Assembly: GCA_965228855.1 (NCBI GenBank)
Contig: CBDDIJ010000005.1
Coordinates: forward strand, 1,344,001 to 1,408,000
Origin: Candidatus Obscuribacterales bacterium
GTDB lineage: Bacteria; Cyanobacteriota; Vampirovibrionia; Obscuribacterales; Obscuribacteraceae
Direction of reading: 5' to 3'
Length of the DNA stretch: 64,000 bases
Part shown: positions 60,081 to 64,000 of the stretch, one piece after another
How positions within the stretch are numbered: position 1 is the first letter of the stretch
How the letters are laid out: each line of letters opens with the position of its first letter
Translations under genes and position numbers: made by a program
The notes under the pieces: model-generated
What the model was told of the DNA's origin: nothing
Database searches by the model: none
Seen by the model: only the letters and a program-made list of their open reading frames with translations

Positions 60081-60133
60081 ACGCGTGAACACGCCTCGAT
60101 AGCCGGTCTCAGAACGACGGCGGCTTCTCAGGT

Positions 60134-60166
60134 AAGAAAACGCCCGCTTCTTGCAAAGCAGGCGTT
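60134..60166 (-). terminator. Intrinsic terminator for the AAA ATPase gene (possibly bidirectional)
   Basis: Minus strand AACGCCTGCTT-tgcaag-AAGCGGGCGTT followed by TTCTT. Confidence 0.65.
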
Positions 60167-60200
60167 CAATTCTATTTCGCGCGACGTGCGAGCGAACTAC

Positions 60201-61493
60201 TTATTTGCCCATCGCTGCAAAGTAAACCGCGCAAGCGTGATCCAGGTATTCGCGCGAGAGACGCGGTTCCGTCTGCAAGAATGCGCAGAGGTTGATGACC
60301 TGGTCGACAATGTCCCGCGGGTGGCAGCAACGCATTGCGCGCTTACCTGAACGGTATTGCGATTCGATCAGATAGTTGACCGCTTCCTCGTTGTACGGCA
60401 CACCGGTGCGTTGGCAGTATTGCAGGAAGATCCACTTGAACTCGTCTTCAGTAGGTGACGTGATGTTGATCTTGTACGGAATCCGTCTCAAGAACGCTTC
60501 GTCAACAAGGTCCGAAGGGTTGAGGTTAGTCGAGAAAACCAGGAGCTGTTCGAACGGCACTTCCAGTTTTTTACCGGTGTGCAGCGTCAAATAGTCGACC
60601 CGCTTTTCCAATGGAACAATCCAACGGTTGAGGAGCGACTTGTGGTCGATACGTTGACGACCAAAGTCATCGATGAGCAGCAGTCCGCAATTGGACTTCA
60701 GCTGAATTGGCGCTTCATACAGTTTAGTACCGTAGTCGAACTGGAGTTCGAGCATGTCGATCGTCAACTCACCACCGACGACGACGCAAGGTCTTTGAAT
60801 GCGCACCCAACGGTGGTCATAGTCACGCGGATAGTTAGCCGCTGACACGGGATCGTGGTTGTGGCTGTCAAACACACGGATAATCTGTCCATCGCACTCT
60901 ACAGCGTACGGAATAAAAATGTGACCTTTGAAGGAACGCACGATACGCTCTGCAATTGAGGTCTTACCGTTGCCAGGCTCACCGAAGAGGAACATCCCAC
61001 GTCCGGAGTTGATAGCCGGACCGACAGAGTTGATGGTTCTGCGGTTGACCATGATGTCGGAGAAGGCAACTTCCAGGTCGCGCGGTGTAACCGATTCGCG
61101 GCGAATGGTTTGATACTTGAGAGAGTCGATATAACGGTTCCACGGTACCGGGCACGGACCCACGTATGCGTTGTGGTCGAAGTAGGCACGAGCGCGGTCT
61201 CTGCCTTTTTCTGTCGGGCAGTATTCGTAGTCCGCCAATCCGCCTGAGCTTCTGACTTCAATGAGAAGCTGTTTCTTCAGAACCTCGAGAATTTCCTCGA
61301 CAATCTTGAAGGGGAGCATGGTACGTGCGGCAATTTCACGACCTAGCGCGAAGTTGACGAGATAAATGTCTTTGAGAATCAGCTCTTCCAGGAAGCCTTC
61401 CTTAAGACCAGTCTCGGCAATCGAGCCCGGATACGGAGGGACAAACTCCTGCTGCTGTTGAATACCGGTTGTCGTTCTGACCTGTTGAACCAT
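60201..61493 (-). CDS. AAA+ family ATPase
   Basis: Walker A GEPGNGKTS, Walker B LLIDDFGR, STNL, DEAFLRRI arginine finger. Confidence 0.9.
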   Translation of the reverse strand: MVQQVRTTTGIQQQQEFVPPYPGSIAETGLKEGFLEELILKDIYLVNFALGREIAARTMLPFKIVEEILEVLKKQLLIEVRSSGGLADYEYCPTEKGRDRARAYFDHNAYVGPCPVPWNRYIDSLKYQTIRRESVTPRDLEVAFSDIMVNRRTINSVGPAINSGRGMFLFGEPGNGKTSIAERIVRSFKGHIFIPYAVECDGQIIRVFDSHNHDPVSAANYPRDYDHRWVRIQRPCVVVGGELTIDMLELQFDYGTKLYEAPIQLKSNCGLLLIDDFGRQRIDHKSLLNRWIVPLEKRVDYLTLHTGKKLEVPFEQLLVFSTNLNPSDLVDEAFLRRIPYKINITSPTEDEFKWIFLQYCQRTGVPYNEEAVNYLIESQYRSGKRAMRCCHPRDIVDQVINLCAFLQTEPRLSREYLDHACAVYFAAMGK

Positions 61494-61833
61494 ATTCTGT
61501 ATGCCTTTTGTTGTCTACATTGTCGCGGACAGATCTACATTCTAGACTACGCCTGCGCGTATAACTTAGTAAGTAAACCAGATTCTCCACTAAATATGTG
61601 ATAAATCGTGGGTCTTTATAACCTTCATCTGATAAATGTCAAGAAATGAAAGCAGTATAACCACTCTATCGCGTGAACAGCCGATCTGCCAATGATCTGA
61701 GCGCCTTTTTTGCGGAAGAAAAACCGAAAACATCTATGCGCTGCAGAATTTGCCTCATGATATCATTGTCGGCAAATGATACGACTTGCCCAAAAGTCAC
61801 ACAGCCTGGCTCTTTTGCCCTCATCCTGCCGCC

Positions 61834-63624
61834 ATGGTTGACCAGACATTCGAGAATCGATACCAGAATCTCACGCCGATAGGCGAGGGCGGCATGGGTC
61901 AGGTCTTTCGAGCGTTCGACACGCTGCTGCAGAAACACGTCGCCATCAAGGTCTTGACGAACACCCTTTCGGACGGGGCCAAAATTCGGTTTCAAACAGA
62001 AGCGCGTGTAACAGCAAGGCTCAATCATCCGAATATCATCGGTATTTTGAACTTCGGTCTCACGGTCGACCATTCCCCGTACATGGTCATGGAATGGGCG
62101 GATGGTGAAGACCTCTCCGAATTTTTACGCCAGCACCATTCGCTCCATGTAAGAGATGCCCTGCAAGTCTTTTTCCAGATAGGAGCAGCTCTCACACATG
62201 CCCACGGAAAAGGTGTAATCCATCGAGATCTGAAACCGGCGAACGTTCTACTTTTCGAAGACGAAAACGACTTATCCATCAAACTTTTGGATTTTGGCAT
62301 CGCCAAGGTCTTCCAAGACGAACATCAGTCACTGACTGCTTCAGGAACTCTGCTTGGTAGTCCTTTGTACATGTCTCCGGAGCAATGCGCCGGCGAGAAG
62401 GCAGACGCGCGCACAGATATCTATTCGTTTGGATGCCTGATGTATGCGTGCCTAGCCGGCCGACCGCCTCTTCGTGGCGCAACAGCGATAGAAACGATGT
62501 CACTTCATCGCAGTACCAGACCTGAACCTCTTGCGGAAATCGCCCCGGACATTCCCGGTTGGCTCGACGAAATCATAATGAAGTGTCTGGAGAAGAAACC
62601 GGAAGACAGGTATCAGAGCATCGCGAGCCTGGTGACAGCTCTCAACGAAGCTTACGAAGCTTCTGAGATCAGAACGGCCGAACTCGACAAGGCCGCTACA
62701 ACCGCTAGTTCCGAAGCAGCGCAGGAAGTAAAAGGAACTCAATCAAAGTTGCCTGTCGGCATCTATATGACACTACTTGCAGTGTCAATCGTTTTCATGA
62801 CATGGATGTGCGCGGTAGGCTTCAAGAAGCCGGCCCTTTTGGAAACATCGGACGACTTGAAAAAGCCATTCGTCACGTTTACGTCCCGTGAGCAGAAAGA
62901 AATTAGAGCTCTAAACGAGCCAGGCATCGAAGTGCAAGGCAACACCGCCCGCGGTACCAACCTGGTCGACGAACAACTTACGATGTGCTCAAATTTTCCA
63001 GGAATTCACTCGTTCAATTTTCTCGAAAGCCCTGACATTACCGGCAGTGGACTGAAGTTTCTCGTGCAGCTCAAGCCGAAGTCAATCAAATTGAGAGCAG
63101 GAATCAAGGATCGATACTTCAAGTATTTCTCGCAAATGCCGGAACTTGAATACTTAAAACTGGACAATGTCGAGTCACTCGACGGCAGCGGTTTTGCAAA
63201 CTTGCGAAACCTGGAACGCCTGGAATACCTTAGTTTGGAACGATGCAAACTTACAAACGTCGCTTTTAGAAATATCGCGCTTGTAAGACCTGTCAAAATT
63301 TTGGAGCTAAAGGGAACCTTCGGATACGACGCTAACGGTCTAGCGTATCTGAGAGACCACCCAATTAAGGTGCTGGATCTCACCGAAGTAGAGGACCTTA
63401 ACGATGAGGCAGTCTCCGGATTGGAGAGAACCCATATATCGACTCTTTTGCTCAACAGATGCCATAACGTGACAGACAAATCCCTTGATGTTGTCAAAAC
63501 TATTGAAGGTCTTCAGACTTTCGCTTACACGGGGACAGGCATAACTCGACGTGGTGCAGCGAAATTGGCTCGCTCTCTCGGTTTCGCAAATGATGTCATC
63601 AAAGAAACGATGGCGAAAATTTAA
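61834..63624 (+). CDS. Ser/Thr protein kinase, single TM, C-terminal LRRs
   Basis: GEGGMG, VAIK, HRDLKPAN, DFG, YMSPE; TM IYMTLLAVSIVFMTWMCAVGF; LRRs. Start is ATG 61834 or TTG 61786. Confidence 0.92.
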   Translation: MVDQTFENRYQNLTPIGEGGMGQVFRAFDTLLQKHVAIKVLTNTLSDGAKIRFQTEARVTARLNHPNIIGILNFGLTVDHSPYMVMEWADGEDLSEFLRQHHSLHVRDALQVFFQIGAALTHAHGKGVIHRDLKPANVLLFEDENDLSIKLLDFGIAKVFQDEHQSLTASGTLLGSPLYMSPEQCAGEKADARTDIYSFGCLMYACLAGRPPLRGATAIETMSLHRSTRPEPLAEIAPDIPGWLDEIIMKCLEKKPEDRYQSIASLVTALNEAYEASEIRTAELDKAATTASSEAAQEVKGTQSKLPVGIYMTLLAVSIVFMTWMCAVGFKKPALLETSDDLKKPFVTFTSREQKEIRALNEPGIEVQGNTARGTNLVDEQLTMCSNFPGIHSFNFLESPDITGSGLKFLVQLKPKSIKLRAGIKDRYFKYFSQMPELEYLKLDNVESLDGSGFANLRNLERLEYLSLERCKLTNVAFRNIALVRPVKILELKGTFGYDANGLAYLRDHPIKVLDLTEVEDLNDEAVSGLERTHISTLLLNRCHNVTDKSLDVVKTIEGLQTFAYTGTGITRRGAAKLARSLGFANDVIKETMAKI

Positions 63625-63629
63625 GCGGT

Positions 63630-63998
63630 CTATTTGTTTGCGCTGACCAGCTTTTTAATTTTCTCGCTCATTCGCTCGAGGTCCGCTATGCGAGCCTCCT
63701 TTCGTCCGAATCGTTCGAGAGTGTAAATTTCAATAAAGTCTGAGACCAGCGGCTCCAATTCCGGATGAACATACTTGCCTTCTTTGCGATGGGTTTCAAA
63801 GCCTTCCAGAACCCGGGCACGCAAATCAAGCGGAGTATCGGCCGGCAGTCGAACGATCTTGTACTTTCTTAGATCCCGTACCACTTGGAAGAACAGCAGA
63901 GTAGATTTCTTCGCGTCATCCGGAATAGCTACGTATTCTTTCTTACGCTGACGCTGCAGCAAAATCACGATAATAGCGGCAGATCCAAGCAAGATGAA
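63630..63998 (-). CDS. C-terminal fragment of a membrane protein, DUF4129-like (often ends transglutaminase-domain proteins); 5' end lies outside the window
   Basis: TM followed by R.P..TP.D...Y..ERFG pattern. Confidence 0.6.
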   Translation of the reverse strand, partial: FILLGSAAIIVILLQRQRKKEYVAIPDDAKKSTLLFFQVVRDLRKYKIVRLPADTPLDLRARVLEGFETHRKEGKYVHPELEPLVSDFIEIYTLERFGRKEARIADLERMSEKIKKLVSANK

Positions 63999-64000
63999 CG

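Noticed and set aside
61673..61882. Short ORF with CRIC...CP that might be a frameshifted zinc-ribbon N-terminus of the last kinase
   Set aside because: No convincing slippery site or complete Cys set; ATG 61834 already gives a full kinase domain
1..64000. CRISPR array, tRNA/rRNA, IS element, integrase, reverse transcriptase
   Set aside because: No regularly spaced repeats, cloverleaf/T-loop in intergenic DNA, or relevant protein motifs were seen by eye; short elements could have been missed
1..64000. Cyanobacterial HIP1 (GCGATCGC) enrichment
   Set aside because: CGATCG and TCGA look common but I noticed only a few full octamers; an observed/expected k-mer count is needed

Overview
Gene-dense bacterial chromosome segment read in the standard genetic code. 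I see no rRNA, tRNA, CRISPR array, integrase or transposase. Four Hanks-type Ser/Thr kinases (three kinase-TM-LRR), a multi-MshEN repeat protein, a hydrolase-TPR-thioredoxin fusion and a Ycf52-like GNAT suggest a non-photosynthetic cyanobacterial relative (Melainabacteria/Obscuribacterales-like); this taxonomy is inference only. Main blocks: (1) signalling genes, including a coupled degenerate-GGDEF plus 4x MshEN-like pair that looks like a c-di-GMP receptor module; (2) a surface-glycosylation region (YfhO-like, two GT4, two GT-C, epimerase, GtrB-like GT2); (3) an accessory-looking stretch at about 31-35.7 kb with a Raw/NDT-like fusion gene overlapping an IPNS-family 2OG-Fe(II) dioxygenase, and an intact hicB behind a disrupted hicA that the ORF track misses; (4) housekeeping genes sbcD, rlmD, rplI, xseAB, hutI, FNR, NrdR-box-preceded nrdJ, dcd and comEC. 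The best candidates for undescribed systems are the NDT/Raw-like plus dioxygenase pair and the GGDEF/MshEN module. Family assignments come from motif recognition by eye; no database searches were run.
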